From Blastocatellia bacterium (lineage in GTDB: Bacteria > Acidobacteriota > Blastocatellia > UBA7656), in NCBI GenBank assembly GCA_963765495.1, contig CAVXWP010000007.1, forward strand, positions 736,001-800,000: 64,000 bases of DNA. Direction: 5' to 3'. The position numbers and the translations under genes are program-made. Numbering within the stretch: the stretch's first letter is position 1; each line of letters opens with the position of its first letter. This document shows, one piece after another, positions 18,462 through 28,308 of this stretch. The notes below the pieces were generated by a model, which was not told where the DNA came from, did no database searches, and was given only the letters and a program-made list of their open reading frames with translations.

Positions 18462-20327
18462 TTACTGAATCACGTTGATAGTGATGGTCTGCTGTCCGCT
18501 GATAATGAACTGCGACGGAGGCAATTCTTCTTCGGCAAGCGTGGCGATCGACAGAGGCGTATAGCCTCCTGATGTGCGCTCGCTTCCGAGCGTCGCCAGA
18601 ACCGACGGCGGCAACGTAGGCATCACCTCGCTATTGACGATAGCGCCAGTGCCGGATCGTATGATCTTCACATAGAGGCGATTATTCTTTTTGAGCTTAT
18701 TGATCGCCCGCACAAGCTGGCTGAGGTCTTTGGGCGTAAAGTCGGCCCCGGCTTGAGTGCTCACATCGGTCTGGTTTATCGAAGCGCCGTCGCCGACCAT
18801 GACTACCAGCGGGCCGAGCGGAGCGTCTGCCGGAATCTCGAGCGGTATGCGCTCTACGAATTCGGCCCCGTTGTCGTTACGGGCAAAAGCCTGAATTTCA
18901 AGCTTCTCGCCGCGATGCACTTCGGTTTTGTCTACCCACAGGCGATTGAGCGTGCCGTTTGAGCGGCTGTCGCTCGAAGTGACATCGAGTTCGACCCCGC
19001 GCAGATCGAGAGCGTCGAATCCGCTGTTGAGCAGTACCGCAAGCGGGCGCTCGACGGCTGAGACCGCATAAAACGCAGCGCCGTTTGGAGCGGAGAAACT
19101 GTTGTCGAGCAAAACGTCGGGCTGACCTTCTATCGAGATGTGACCGCTGAGCTTGATCGTCTGATTGCCGATCTGCCTCTCGGTCGCAGAGATGGCGGAA
19201 AAGAGCGCGATCTTCATCAAAAGCGGAGTCAGAAACGCATCCGTCACTACTTCAAAATTATAGGTCTCGACCTTGTTGTTGCTTGTGTGTATCCGAACGC
19301 GAACCGGGACCATTTTCGGTTGCTCGCCGAGTTGCCCGAATATGCCGGTCGAGCGATCCTGGCTGATCGAGCCTACGAGATTGCCGCCTGCCGCAAGCTT
19401 GAACGAGTTATTAAGATTTGGAACTACGGTAACGACGGAAGATTCGGCCATCGGCCACTGGGCGCGCCCGGAACTGAGGAACGGGTGCCCGAATGCATAA
19501 ATCTGCCGGTCGTCGCGGTATGTTACCGTGCCTGCCGCGTCCACGGTGAAATCTCCTCGGATGAGTTGCGCGCTGACGGATGTGCCGGGCGCGAGCGTAG
19601 TGTCATCGAAGGGGACCATAGGCGCGAGGCTCGACCCACCGCCTACGCCCGCTATTGGCTGGATGCCCGCTTTCTTTAAATCGCCCGCGAACATATCGAC
19701 GACCGATTGAGGTATGCCTGAGAATGTCACAGGGGTCGCAATGGGCGTGATCGTCTGTCCGACGTAAGGCGCAAGCCCCGCACCGGCAGAGGCGGCTCGC
19801 GGTCCTATCTGCACAGTGGGCGCGGGCGTAAATCGAGCACCTTCGGTAAATCGAACGCCTTCGGATGCCGAAGCCATCAGGGTGGAGAAGCTGACTCGCT
19901 GGCCGGACTGTCGCACTTCTTCGCCGCCCTGCTCAAATACCTGAATCATGTATTTGATGGGTGTGATCCCGGCTATCGGTTCTTTGGCAAACGGGAAAGC
20001 GTAGGCGACCGCGCCGACGAGTTTTCCGTCGATATAGACGGGGCTGCCGCTCATCCCGGCAAAGACGCTCGTGCGTTCGACGAGGGGTCCGCTCAGGCGG
20101 GCGATGATGAGGCTCTGTTTGGGATTTGGCATCCCGTCGAGCAATCCCAGAATTTCGACATCGAACCGCTCAGGTTTGCTTCCTTGAAATACCGTTAACC
20201 CGTAGCCCTTCATGCCCGGATGAACATCTTCCAGAGGCATGAGGTTAGAGTTCGAATGTGCATCCGATGCAAGCGCCACGGCGCTTGCGGCGAGCAAGAG
20301 ACATATTAAAGTAACAAGATGCTTCAT
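18462..20327 (-). CDS. SpoIVB-like peptidase S55 domain exported protein
   Basis: PGMKGYGLTVFQG; AGMSGSPVYIDGKLVGAVAY; GTVTY..IYAFGHPF; signal peptide from MKHLVTL. Confidence 0.88.
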   Translation of the reverse strand: MKHLVTLICLLLAASAVALASDAHSNSNLMPLEDVHPGMKGYGLTVFQGSKPERFDVEILGLLDGMPNPKQSLIIARLSGPLVERTSVFAGMSGSPVYIDGKLVGAVAYAFPFAKEPIAGITPIKYMIQVFEQGGEEVRQSGQRVSFSTLMASASEGVRFTEGARFTPAPTVQIGPRAASAGAGLAPYVGQTITPIATPVTFSGIPQSVVDMFAGDLKKAGIQPIAGVGGGSSLAPMVPFDDTTLAPGTSVSAQLIRGDFTVDAAGTVTYRDDRQIYAFGHPFLSSGRAQWPMAESSVVTVVPNLNNSFKLAAGGNLVGSISQDRSTGIFGQLGEQPKMVPVRVRIHTSNNKVETYNFEVVTDAFLTPLLMKIALFSAISATERQIGNQTIKLSGHISIEGQPDVLLDNSFSAPNGAAFYAVSAVERPLAVLLNSGFDALDLRGVELDVTSSDSRSNGTLNRLWVDKTEVHRGEKLEIQAFARNDNGAEFVERIPLEIPADAPLGPLVVMVGDGASINQTDVSTQAGADFTPKDLSQLVRAINKLKKNNRLYVKIIRSGTGAIVNSEVMPTLPPSVLATLGSERTSGGYTPLSIATLAEEELPPSQFIISGQQTITINVIQ

Positions 20328-20602
20328 AGAATTCCTTAAATCATCGAGGGTTGCCAAAGGTGCCGTTTCAATTTTGCCCTTAATTTCATAAGCGCTTGAC
20401 GGTGCCGGGATTTGCGTTCTGGAGATCGCATGAAGATGATAACCGTCTGCAATTTTTAATGTCAAGACTCTTAAACTTTCGCATCATAAACGCAACATTG
20501 CCCGGGCTTGATGCCCGGCCTGAGAATATCATTGTGGGAACCTCCCTGATGGCGTAGTATCAATAGTGCAGCGCGCTTGTAGCGCCGGTTGAATCCTTAG
20601 TC

Positions 20603-20637
20603 CTACTGGAATGACTTTACTGGAATGACTTTACTGA
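20603..20637 (+). repeat. 14-bp tandem direct repeat (about 2.5 copies)
   Basis: TACTGGAATGACTT TACTGGAATGACTT TACTGAC. Confidence 0.75.
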
Positions 20638-20680
20638 CATGAATTCTGAGCAACCATCACGACTTCTTAATCTGACAAAA

Positions 20681-21454
20681 ATGGTAGACATCCACTCCCA
20701 CATACTATGGGAGGTGGATGACGGTTCTCATAGTCTCGACGAATCGCTTGAGATGTGCAGGATTTCGGCCGATGACGGCATCAGCGTAATCGTGGCCACT
20801 CCGCACGCCCACGACAGTCTGCACAAGACTCATGATCCGGCCTTCCTGCGTCAGAAAGTAGAAGACCTCAATAATCGGCTTCAGGGCCGCCCTCGAATAG
20901 AACTGGGTTGCGAACTTCGCTTCACCCACGATGTAGTAAGGCATATCTGCCGAGACAAGACCGCGCCTACGCTTGCGGGAGGCAAATATGTGCTCGTAGA
21001 GTTCCCGCACGCGGTGGTACCGCTTGGGAGCGAGCGCGCTCTGTTCGAGCTTATGAGCAACGACATCCACCCTATCATCGCTCATCCCGAGCGCAACCAT
21101 ATGCTGATGGCTGAGCCCGAGCGTTTTTTTGAGCTTATCGAGATGGGAGCACTTGGACAGGCCGATACCGGGTCGTTTACCGGCAACTTCGGTCGCAAGG
21201 TTCAGCAGGCGGCCGAAATCATGCTCGATCACGGGTTGCTGCACATGATCGCAAGCGACTGTCACAACACGCGCAATCGCCTGCCCGGTATGAGCGCCGC
21301 CGTAGCTGCCGTAGCCGATCTGGTCGGCGATGATTATGCCGTCGCGATGGCCGAATCAAACCCTATGGCCGTCGTCGAAGGGAAATCGATTCCGATTCGC
21401 CCCTCGCCTGTTCAGCCTAAGAAGCGCAAGAAATGGATGTTCTTTAATCGCTAG
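20681..21454 (+). CDS. PHP-family tyrosine-protein phosphatase (CpsB/CapC/YwqE-like)
   Basis: MVDIHSHIL..VDDG; VATPH; YVLVEFP; IIAHPERN; IASDCH. Confidence 0.9.
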   Translation: MVDIHSHILWEVDDGSHSLDESLEMCRISADDGISVIVATPHAHDSLHKTHDPAFLRQKVEDLNNRLQGRPRIELGCELRFTHDVVRHICRDKTAPTLAGGKYVLVEFPHAVVPLGSERALFELMSNDIHPIIAHPERNHMLMAEPERFFELIEMGALGQADTGSFTGNFGRKVQQAAEIMLDHGLLHMIASDCHNTRNRLPGMSAAVAAVADLVGDDYAVAMAESNPMAVVEGKSIPIRPSPVQPKKRKKWMFFNR

Positions 21455-21490
21455 ACGGGATTAACCGGATTATTCGGGTTTACAAGAAAT

Positions 21491-22540
21491 TCACTCCGAG
21501 TTTGTAAATTCTATCAAACGCCGGAGCTTTCGAAGCGCCTCGCCGCTGTCGATTGACTGTGAGGCGAGGGCGAGCCCCTCCTTGAAACCGCGAGCCTTAT
21601 TGCTCACCACAAACGCAGCCGCCGCGTTCAAGAGAACGATGTCGCGTCGCGGGCCTTCGGCCCCCTTGAGGATGCCGAGGATAATCCCGGCATTTTCATC
21701 CCTGTCGCCTCCCCGAATCTCTTTGAGTGAAGCTTGCCTGAGACCGAAATCTTCCGGGCTGATTGTGTAAGTCTCGATCCGGCCTCCGCTCAACTCGGTC
21801 ACTCTTGTCGGAGCCGACAGGCTGATCTCATCAAGCCCGTCGCTTGAGGAAACGACGAGGGCGCGACGGCTCCCGAGTCGTCGGAGCACCTCGGCAAGCA
21901 GTTCGGTCAGGCTTTCGGCGTAAACTCCTATGACCTGAGCGTCGGCACCGGCTGGATTTGTGAGCGGCCCCAGCATATTGAAGATCGTTCGGATGCCCAT
22001 CTGTTTGCGGGCCGTTGCCACGTGTTTCATCGCCGTGTGCAGCAATGGGGCGTAAAGAAAACCTATTCCTACCTCGTCTATCGAGCGCGCTATCCGGTCG
22101 GGAGAAATCTCTATACGCACGCCGAGCGCCTCGACCACATCGGCGCTTCCGCACTGGCTCGACACGGAGCGGTTACCGTGCTTTGCCACGCGAAGCCCGC
22201 CGCCTGCCGCTACGAAGGCGGTGGCGGTCGATATGTTGAAGCTGCCGCTCACGTCTCCGCCCGTGCCGCAGGTATCTATCAATGCCTCGCGCTCGGTCCC
22301 GCCAATCTCTGTTGCAACCGTGCTGTAGGGCTGCACGCTTGAAGCCCGTCTGCGCATCACCCTTGCAAATCCCGTCAACTCTTCAGCCGTCTCGCCTTTC
22401 ATTCTGAGAGCCGTCAGCAACGCCCCTATCTGCGCGTCGCTCGACTCCCCCGACATTATCTGTTCAAGCACGGCCTCGGCCTCGTCCACGCTCAGGTCGT
22501 GGCGCTCAACCACTCTCTTTATCGCTTCCGTTATCGTCAT
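21491..22540 (-). CDS. trpD: Anthranilate phosphoribosyltransferase
   Basis: IDTCGTGGD; FNIST; AKHGNRSVSS.CGSAD; GPLTNPA; DGLDEIS. Confidence 0.96.
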   Translation of the reverse strand: MTITEAIKRVVERHDLSVDEAEAVLEQIMSGESSDAQIGALLTALRMKGETAEELTGFARVMRRRASSVQPYSTVATEIGGTEREALIDTCGTGGDVSGSFNISTATAFVAAGGGLRVAKHGNRSVSSQCGSADVVEALGVRIEISPDRIARSIDEVGIGFLYAPLLHTAMKHVATARKQMGIRTIFNMLGPLTNPAGADAQVIGVYAESLTELLAEVLRRLGSRRALVVSSSDGLDEISLSAPTRVTELSGGRIETYTISPEDFGLRQASLKEIRGGDRDENAGIILGILKGAEGPRRDIVLLNAAAAFVVSNKARGFKEGLALASQSIDSGEALRKLRRLIEFTNSE

Positions 22541-22581
22541 CGCAAGACTTACCCTAGCACGCAGAGCCGTGAATAGTTAAG

Positions 22582-22617
22582 CTGTCACTGAACCTGTCAC
22601 TGAACCTGTCACTGAAC
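22582..22617. repeat. 12-bp tandem repeat x3 upstream of trpD
   Basis: CTGTCACTGAAC x3. Confidence 0.85.
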
Positions 22618-22937
22618 CACGGGCCTTGAGAGAGTTAAGGGCAGATTGACCAAATTCGCCGGGCAGTTCGTTCAATATGACATGAGCGATTGTTGCTCAT
22701 TTGGGTAATGCTACGGCCATATATTGAGAGAACACAGTGGTTTATGTAAGATCGAATGCTTAGAAGGCGATCTGGCATTTCTATTGCAAAACGAGAAATA
22801 CGACATTGTATGTAGTGGGCGAAACATAGGCAATAATTCTTGTAGATGTCTCGGCTGTCAATTGTCAGAGTCGATTCAAGAAATGGTTTCGACGTTGTCG
22901 ACAATGTATTAGTTATTGAGCAAGTATAGGGTCCGTT

Positions 22938-24539
22938 ATGACAACAAATTCGTTTGAGAATCTCTTTGATCTCTATGCCGATCCCTCCATAGCATCACAG
23001 AGTAATCCGGCAGGCTATCCGCAAGCGCCCGTAGCCACGCCGCCAAATTGTGAGGTCGCAGATCAGACCGACTTCCGTCAGGAGCTTGAGAGCCTGTTAT
23101 CGCGTGTGGAAAGCGCCACCACTCATTATGGCGTATTGGGTCTCGAGAGCGAGGCGAGCAACGAGCAGATCAGGATCGCATTTCAACATTCCAGGGCGCT
23201 TCTTCGCCGGGCGGCCTCCGCAGTCGATCTGCGCCTGCCCGACAAGTTGCGGTGCAGGGTAGGGGCTTCATTCGGGAGAATCTCAAGCGCATTCACCGTG
23301 TTGGGAAACTCAGCCAAACGGATGGAATATGATCACGTTCAAAAGCCGACCAGTGACAGAACCCCTTCTCAAACCGATGCCCCGCAAACAATGAATGCCG
23401 ATTCCGGCCCGCTTGTTTCCGGTCAGAGATTTGACAGCTTGACGCTCGACGATCTTGCCGCCGATAATCGCCGCCAGTCGAAGCGCTTCAAGACATCATT
23501 GCCCGTTCACGTTATCGGATTTACAACAAAGGACGAGGATTGGTATGAGCAGGTCGAGACGGTTGATATCAGCCTACAGGGAGCCAGGATTCGACTTGGG
23601 AGGCGCGTAAAGAAAGGAACCGTTCTCTATCTTTCGCTGCCGATGCCGGAAGAACTGCGCCGTCACGGTCACAGGGAACCGAATTACAGAGTCTACGCGC
23701 ATGTGAGGCGCATAGAGCCTCTTAAAGAAGGAAGCCGGATCATAGGGCTTGAGTTTATAGGCGAAAACCCGCCGGAAGGGTATGACAAGAAGCCCTGGGC
23801 CGTCTTTCATCTGAATGAAAAATGGTCCGGCGTAGAGCGCCGCAGAAAGCCGCGAGAGGAGAGGTCCGACGTAATCTGGGTCGAGTACTTCGATGAATCG
23901 CTGGAATGGGTAAGCCAGGAGATGGGGCGAACTGAAAACATCAGCGATGACGGCATGCGAGTCTCAGTCAAGCGTCCGCCCGCCGATTTCGAGATGGTCA
24001 GGATAAGTCTCACAAACCGCAGTTTCGAGAGCTTTGCAGTCGTGTGTAACCGCTTCACTGGAGCCGACGGGCTGGACCGTTTGTGTCTCCGTTTCCTGGA
24101 TGATAAGTGGCTTCTCGATCTCGCCCAGCAGGAATCCTTTTCCGAAAGCGAACATACCTGGATTCCATCCCGGCGAAAGAAGGTGCTCGTGGCTGATGAC
24201 GATTCGCCTCTCAGACGGGTTCTCTATAAGATACTGACGCAGGCGGGTTATGAAGTAGTGATAGCCCAGGACGGGCTTGAGGCAGTCGAGAAGGCAAGGG
24301 TTGAGAAACCCGATCTTGTGCTGACCGATGCGCTGATGCCCAGAATGCATGGCTTTGTGGTCTCTAAAGCGGTCAAGGAACTTAGCCCGCCTCCGAAGGT
24401 CATACTGCTGACAGCGGTCTACACAAAGACAAGCTATAAATGGGAGGCGAAATCCAAATATGGCGCAGACGATCTTGTGACAAAACCCTTCGAAGTCGCC
24501 GACCTGCTTGCCCGGATCGAAAAACATCTGGCCGATTGA
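22938..24539 (+). CDS. Degenerate J-like domain - PilZ - PilZ - receiver protein
   Basis: HYGVLGL...AFTVLGNSAKRMEYD without HPD; RRQSKR + DISLQG; RRRKPR + NISDDG; REC VLVADD..LTDALMP..TKP. Confidence 0.8.
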   Translation: MTTNSFENLFDLYADPSIASQSNPAGYPQAPVATPPNCEVADQTDFRQELESLLSRVESATTHYGVLGLESEASNEQIRIAFQHSRALLRRAASAVDLRLPDKLRCRVGASFGRISSAFTVLGNSAKRMEYDHVQKPTSDRTPSQTDAPQTMNADSGPLVSGQRFDSLTLDDLAADNRRQSKRFKTSLPVHVIGFTTKDEDWYEQVETVDISLQGARIRLGRRVKKGTVLYLSLPMPEELRRHGHREPNYRVYAHVRRIEPLKEGSRIIGLEFIGENPPEGYDKKPWAVFHLNEKWSGVERRRKPREERSDVIWVEYFDESLEWVSQEMGRTENISDDGMRVSVKRPPADFEMVRISLTNRSFESFAVVCNRFTGADGLDRLCLRFLDDKWLLDLAQQESFSESEHTWIPSRRKKVLVADDDSPLRRVLYKILTQAGYEVVIAQDGLEAVEKARVEKPDLVLTDALMPRMHGFVVSKAVKELSPPPKVILLTAVYTKTSYKWEAKSKYGADDLVTKPFEVADLLARIEKHLAD

Positions 24540-24551
24540 GGGCACGGGAAA

Positions 24552-25823
24552 TCACTTTTGAGATGACAGTCGCAAATTGCGGCGCGGCGTCTCTGCAATC
24601 TGATTCGAACTCTTATTAAAGGCGATAACTCGCCATCGCAATCGACCGTCGCCCGCTTTCTCTTTCAACCACGAAGGAGCCCGGTATCCGTCCGCGCCCG
24701 GCAACAACACGGCCGAAACTATTAACCGCCCCTCGGAATCTTCTACTTCGACTCGATAAAAGGTTGCTTCCTCTATCTCAACCCATCTGAAATCCGCCGG
24801 CCCGTCTGGGGGGATGAGTGAATTTTCGGCGGGCGAAATCAGCGCGAGTCTTTCGGCAGGTGGAGAGCCTGACTGCAAGGTGGAACCGCCTCCCACGTAG
24901 TAGCGCAGCACCGGAAGGGGAAAGCCCGCGACAGCGCCGGTTTGAGAGCCTGCGAGCGTGTCCGGGATTGCCCCGGAGGCAGAACCGCCTCTCGCGTCTT
25001 CGCTCGCTTCTATGCGGAGCAACACGACGTAGCCTCCGTCAATATGATTTGGCACGCGCCACGTTTCGGGTCCGGGCAGGATGAATCTGCCTGTCGGCGG
25101 CAGATAGATATTGAATCTGCTCAATTCGGTGTAGCGCCTTTGCAGCCCGCGTTCTTCTACAGGCAGCGTGGCCTCCGTCAGCAGGTCGCGCTCGGAGGGC
25201 GACTCTTCGCCCGGCTTCACGATTTCCCATCGCCCTTTCAGGCGGCCCGTTCCCGTGTAGGTGATCTCGGCTCTTACGGGAGGCAATTTCTCGTCCGGCT
25301 TTATTAAAAGGATCGGTTTGTCAACGCCCCACGAAAGCCTTACATCAGTGATCGAGAAGGGAGTGGCCGCACCGTTTCCGCTCAGGCGAATCGTTACGGG
25401 CACAAATTCATCAGGCCCGCCTGCGGTGCTCACAAATCGGCGCACATAAAAGAATGTAGCCTCGGCTCCGTTTGCGGCGTCAATGTATGCGCGCCTGGCA
25501 ACCGAAGAGGGGATCGACATAATATCCGTATAAGTGCCCGAGCCGTTCAGTCTCGACTGGTCGTAACGTACCGGCAGACAGCCGAATACATTTGCCGGGT
25601 TGCATTTGAACCCGAGGTCGGGTTCGGCTGAAATCAGATCGCCGCACCAGCAGGCATCCGCAGGCCGTTTGTTGACTACGCCCGTGAATGTGAGAAAGAC
25701 CGTGGTCGCCCCCTGAGAGTAGGCATTCACACTACTCGGAGAGACCTTGATTTGTTGAGCGGCGGCTGGGGCCGTAAGCGAGATCAGAAACAGCGCAGCA
25801 ATCAATATCCTTTTCACTTTCAA
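24552..25823 (-). CDS. Uncharacterised exported protein, beta-rich, four Cys in N-terminal domain
   Basis: Signal peptide ending AAA-Q; TTG start with AGGAG RBS; C-terminal Fn3/Ig-like pattern (LISPAE..FRW..YRVEV..WRV). Confidence 0.75.
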   Translation of the reverse strand: MKVKRILIAALFLISLTAPAAAQQIKVSPSSVNAYSQGATTVFLTFTGVVNKRPADACWCGDLISAEPDLGFKCNPANVFGCLPVRYDQSRLNGSGTYTDIMSIPSSVARRAYIDAANGAEATFFYVRRFVSTAGGPDEFVPVTIRLSGNGAATPFSITDVRLSWGVDKPILLIKPDEKLPPVRAEITYTGTGRLKGRWEIVKPGEESPSERDLLTEATLPVEERGLQRRYTELSRFNIYLPPTGRFILPGPETWRVPNHIDGGYVVLLRIEASEDARGGSASGAIPDTLAGSQTGAVAGFPLPVLRYYVGGGSTLQSGSPPAERLALISPAENSLIPPDGPADFRWVEIEEATFYRVEVEDSEGRLIVSAVLLPGADGYRAPSWLKEKAGDGRLRWRVIAFNKSSNQIAETPRRNLRLSSQK

Positions 25824-25863
25824 CTCCTGTCGCGGTAGCTTTATCGGTTCAATCGGCTTTCAA

Positions 25864-28185
25864 TCAAAAGAAAGTAAAGCTGATCCCAAGATTGAGAATC
25901 TGGTTCTTTGTCAGATCATTCTGGATGAGCAGACTGTTTGTAGCTCGTGAATAGCGGTTTGCGTATCTGATAAAAAACTGACTTTGAAGCTTGCGGAAAC
26001 GATCCCGCTCGACGGCGAACTGATAAGACCATTGCATATCGAATTCCACACTTCGGTTTCCTCTTGTGTCTGCCGCATCGCCCGCGAACGTGCTCGAAAA
26101 ATTGGACGCAAATGTCGCCTTCGGAGTCATCCGCCAGTTTATGCCGGGCGCGATGCGGAATGTGCGGTCGATTGTGCGGGCCTCTTTGTTGCCGGCGCTT
26201 TCGGCGTTGATGTCGAGGTTTAGATCAATCGTCGGGAGGGGTGAAATTCCCACGCTGAAGCCGTTTGTCAGGTTAGTCTGATCGGCAAGCTGGCTGCCAA
26301 TCTGCCGGTTATTTTGAAACGAATGATTGAGACGATAACCGACCCGCCATTTCTGTATTTGCCAGTCGGCGCTGAGCGCCTGATTTGTGCCTACAAGATT
26401 TGGGATGGCGTTCACCTCAAATTCGAACCCTCCGTTTACGGGTATGGCGGCTCCGAACTGATGAATACGATTGAAGGTGTATGACATTCGGGGCAGCCAC
26501 GGAGAAGGTTTTGCCGGGTCGCTAAAAAGCGAGGCGAGCGGAACGGCTACGGCGAGCGTATTTGCGCGAGTCAGCGACCTGAGAATTGACGGGATATTTG
26601 CCAGATTATCGTTAAAGCGAGTATGAAGGTATTGCGCGGTGATTTCGCCTATCGCGGCCTGAACCTGAACTTCGTTCTGCGATTTGTCGGCTTGAGTCGA
26701 GGCCCCGAGGCTTCGAAAGAGAGGGTCAACCGTTTCGTGACGGAAGGCGAGCGAGAGGTTTGCCTTCTTCGTTTTTGTGATTGAAAAATCTTTCAGTATG
26801 TCGAAGCCGGTTTCCAGATAATAGGCGTTGCGCGTGACGGTGGGCAGCGCAACGACGGTCGAGTTTTGATTGAGCAGAGAATCTGACGGGCTTGTAAACC
26901 GGCTTCTGCTAAATCCGGTTTCGAGCTTGAATCTTTGCGAAGGGTCGGAAGCGAGTAAACGAAAACCAATGCCCTGACTTCTTTCCGCGTCGTTCACATT
27001 CGCCTGATTAAAACCGCTGAGCGGTTGAAGCCAGCCGTCGAGCACTCCCGCTTCTACCCTCAACCCGCCCGGGCGCTTTGGAAGAAACTCCATGCCGAGC
27101 GTTCCGCTCAGTAATCTGTGCCTCTGTTTATCGAGCCCGAAAAAATTGCTGAACCCCACTATGCTTGTGCCGTTCATCGCGGTGAGCGCGAAGTCGAAGC
27201 GCGGGGTGATGGGCATCGAGAGCGTCACGCCCCGGCTCGAAAACCCGTTTATCAGATGGCGAAGCGCGCCAAACGAGAAAGTGCCTACCTGATACTTGAG
27301 CTTGCCCGCCTGAAATTGCATCAGGTAACTGGCCAGATCAATCTGCGGCGCATCGTTTCCGAGTTGACCGAATCTCAGGGCTTCCTGCTGGAAACTTGAG
27401 CCTACGAAATCGAACTGAGTCTGAGATGTGAACCCGCCGCGAGCTATATCGCTCTTCAAGCTGAACTGTGTGTTGAGGTCTGTAAATGTAGGTCGCGCAG
27501 GCTGGCCTGTGAATGGAAAAGTTGATTGCGCCGGTTGAGATTTGATGTTTATGTTTACCGATGGAATAAGGTCGAGCTTTTCAAATCCAAACCTCTTACG
27601 CGGCGGTTTTTCCGTTTGAGCGGCCTCACTTTTTTGAGACCCTGTTTGAGGGGCTGGTTGAGGCTGCGCGGTGGTCTCGGCCTGTGCAGGTTTTTCTGCT
27701 GCCCTATCAGGCGTTTTGTTGTCGGCCTGTTCCTGAGAAGCCGGGGCCGCGTTTTGCACGCGCAGGGTAAAGCGCGCTATCTCTTTCCAATCGTTTGTAG
27801 GAGAGACCAGGTAAAGCGTCATCTCTGTCTCGCCCTGCGGCAGAGGCAGAACCTTTGAGTTATAACTCAATTCGGTTTCGGTAGCGACAAACAGAGATGT
27901 CAGATCGGTCGAGCCTAATAGGATCGAAATCCTCCCTTCGGATGTCTGAACGGGGCGGCTCAACCGCACGGTGATCGCTTCATCGGGTGTAACCGACGCC
28001 TTGTCGGTGAAACTCGTTTCAACCTTCAACTCCTGAGTTGGCGCGGATACGGCCGCGTCCTGAGCGAACGCGCCTGACAGCCAGCCGGTATACATCCAGG
28101 CGAGCGATACGGCGAGGGCAAACACCTTGACTGCGCGCGCATCGAGTTTCAGCAATCTAATCCTGTTTCTAAATTTGAAAGCCAT
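25864..28185 (-). CDS. Uncharacterised outer-membrane beta-barrel protein with N-terminal periplasmic domain
   Basis: Signal peptide (AFA-Q); Q/P/A linker; amphipathic strands; C-terminus LNLGISFTFF resembles a BAM beta-signal. Confidence 0.75.
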   Translation of the reverse strand: MAFKFRNRIRLLKLDARAVKVFALAVSLAWMYTGWLSGAFAQDAAVSAPTQELKVETSFTDKASVTPDEAITVRLSRPVQTSEGRISILLGSTDLTSLFVATETELSYNSKVLPLPQGETEMTLYLVSPTNDWKEIARFTLRVQNAAPASQEQADNKTPDRAAEKPAQAETTAQPQPAPQTGSQKSEAAQTEKPPRKRFGFEKLDLIPSVNINIKSQPAQSTFPFTGQPARPTFTDLNTQFSLKSDIARGGFTSQTQFDFVGSSFQQEALRFGQLGNDAPQIDLASYLMQFQAGKLKYQVGTFSFGALRHLINGFSSRGVTLSMPITPRFDFALTAMNGTSIVGFSNFFGLDKQRHRLLSGTLGMEFLPKRPGGLRVEAGVLDGWLQPLSGFNQANVNDAERSQGIGFRLLASDPSQRFKLETGFSRSRFTSPSDSLLNQNSTVVALPTVTRNAYYLETGFDILKDFSITKTKKANLSLAFRHETVDPLFRSLGASTQADKSQNEVQVQAAIGEITAQYLHTRFNDNLANIPSILRSLTRANTLAVAVPLASLFSDPAKPSPWLPRMSYTFNRIHQFGAAIPVNGGFEFEVNAIPNLVGTNQALSADWQIQKWRVGYRLNHSFQNNRQIGSQLADQTNLTNGFSVGISPLPTIDLNLDINAESAGNKEARTIDRTFRIAPGINWRMTPKATFASNFSSTFAGDAADTRGNRSVEFDMQWSYQFAVERDRFRKLQSQFFIRYANRYSRATNSLLIQNDLTKNQILNLGISFTFF

Positions 28186-28265
28186 TTTGAAGACTCCGGT
28201 CTGAGAGTTTATTGATCGGGCGGTCGCGGGAGGCGCTCGCCGTTGATTGGGCAATTATGTGGTTT

Positions 28266-28297
28266 GAACTGCCGCAAACTCCTGCCTGCGGCAGTTC
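28266..28297. other. Intra-operon stem-loop (11-bp perfect stem)
   Basis: GAACTGCCGCA-10 nt-TGCGGCAGTTC; no U-tract on the coding (minus) strand. Confidence 0.7.
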
Positions 28298-28308
28298 GTT
28301 TCACAGAC

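Noticed and set aside
20681-21454. Capsule biosynthesis locus
   Set aside because: The CpsB-like phosphatase is alone; no BY-kinase, Wzx/Wzy or glycosyltransferase nearby.
22635-22912. Short ORFs in the AT-rich region between trpD and the PilZ gene
   Set aside because: No RBS or motifs; more likely a divergent promoter region.
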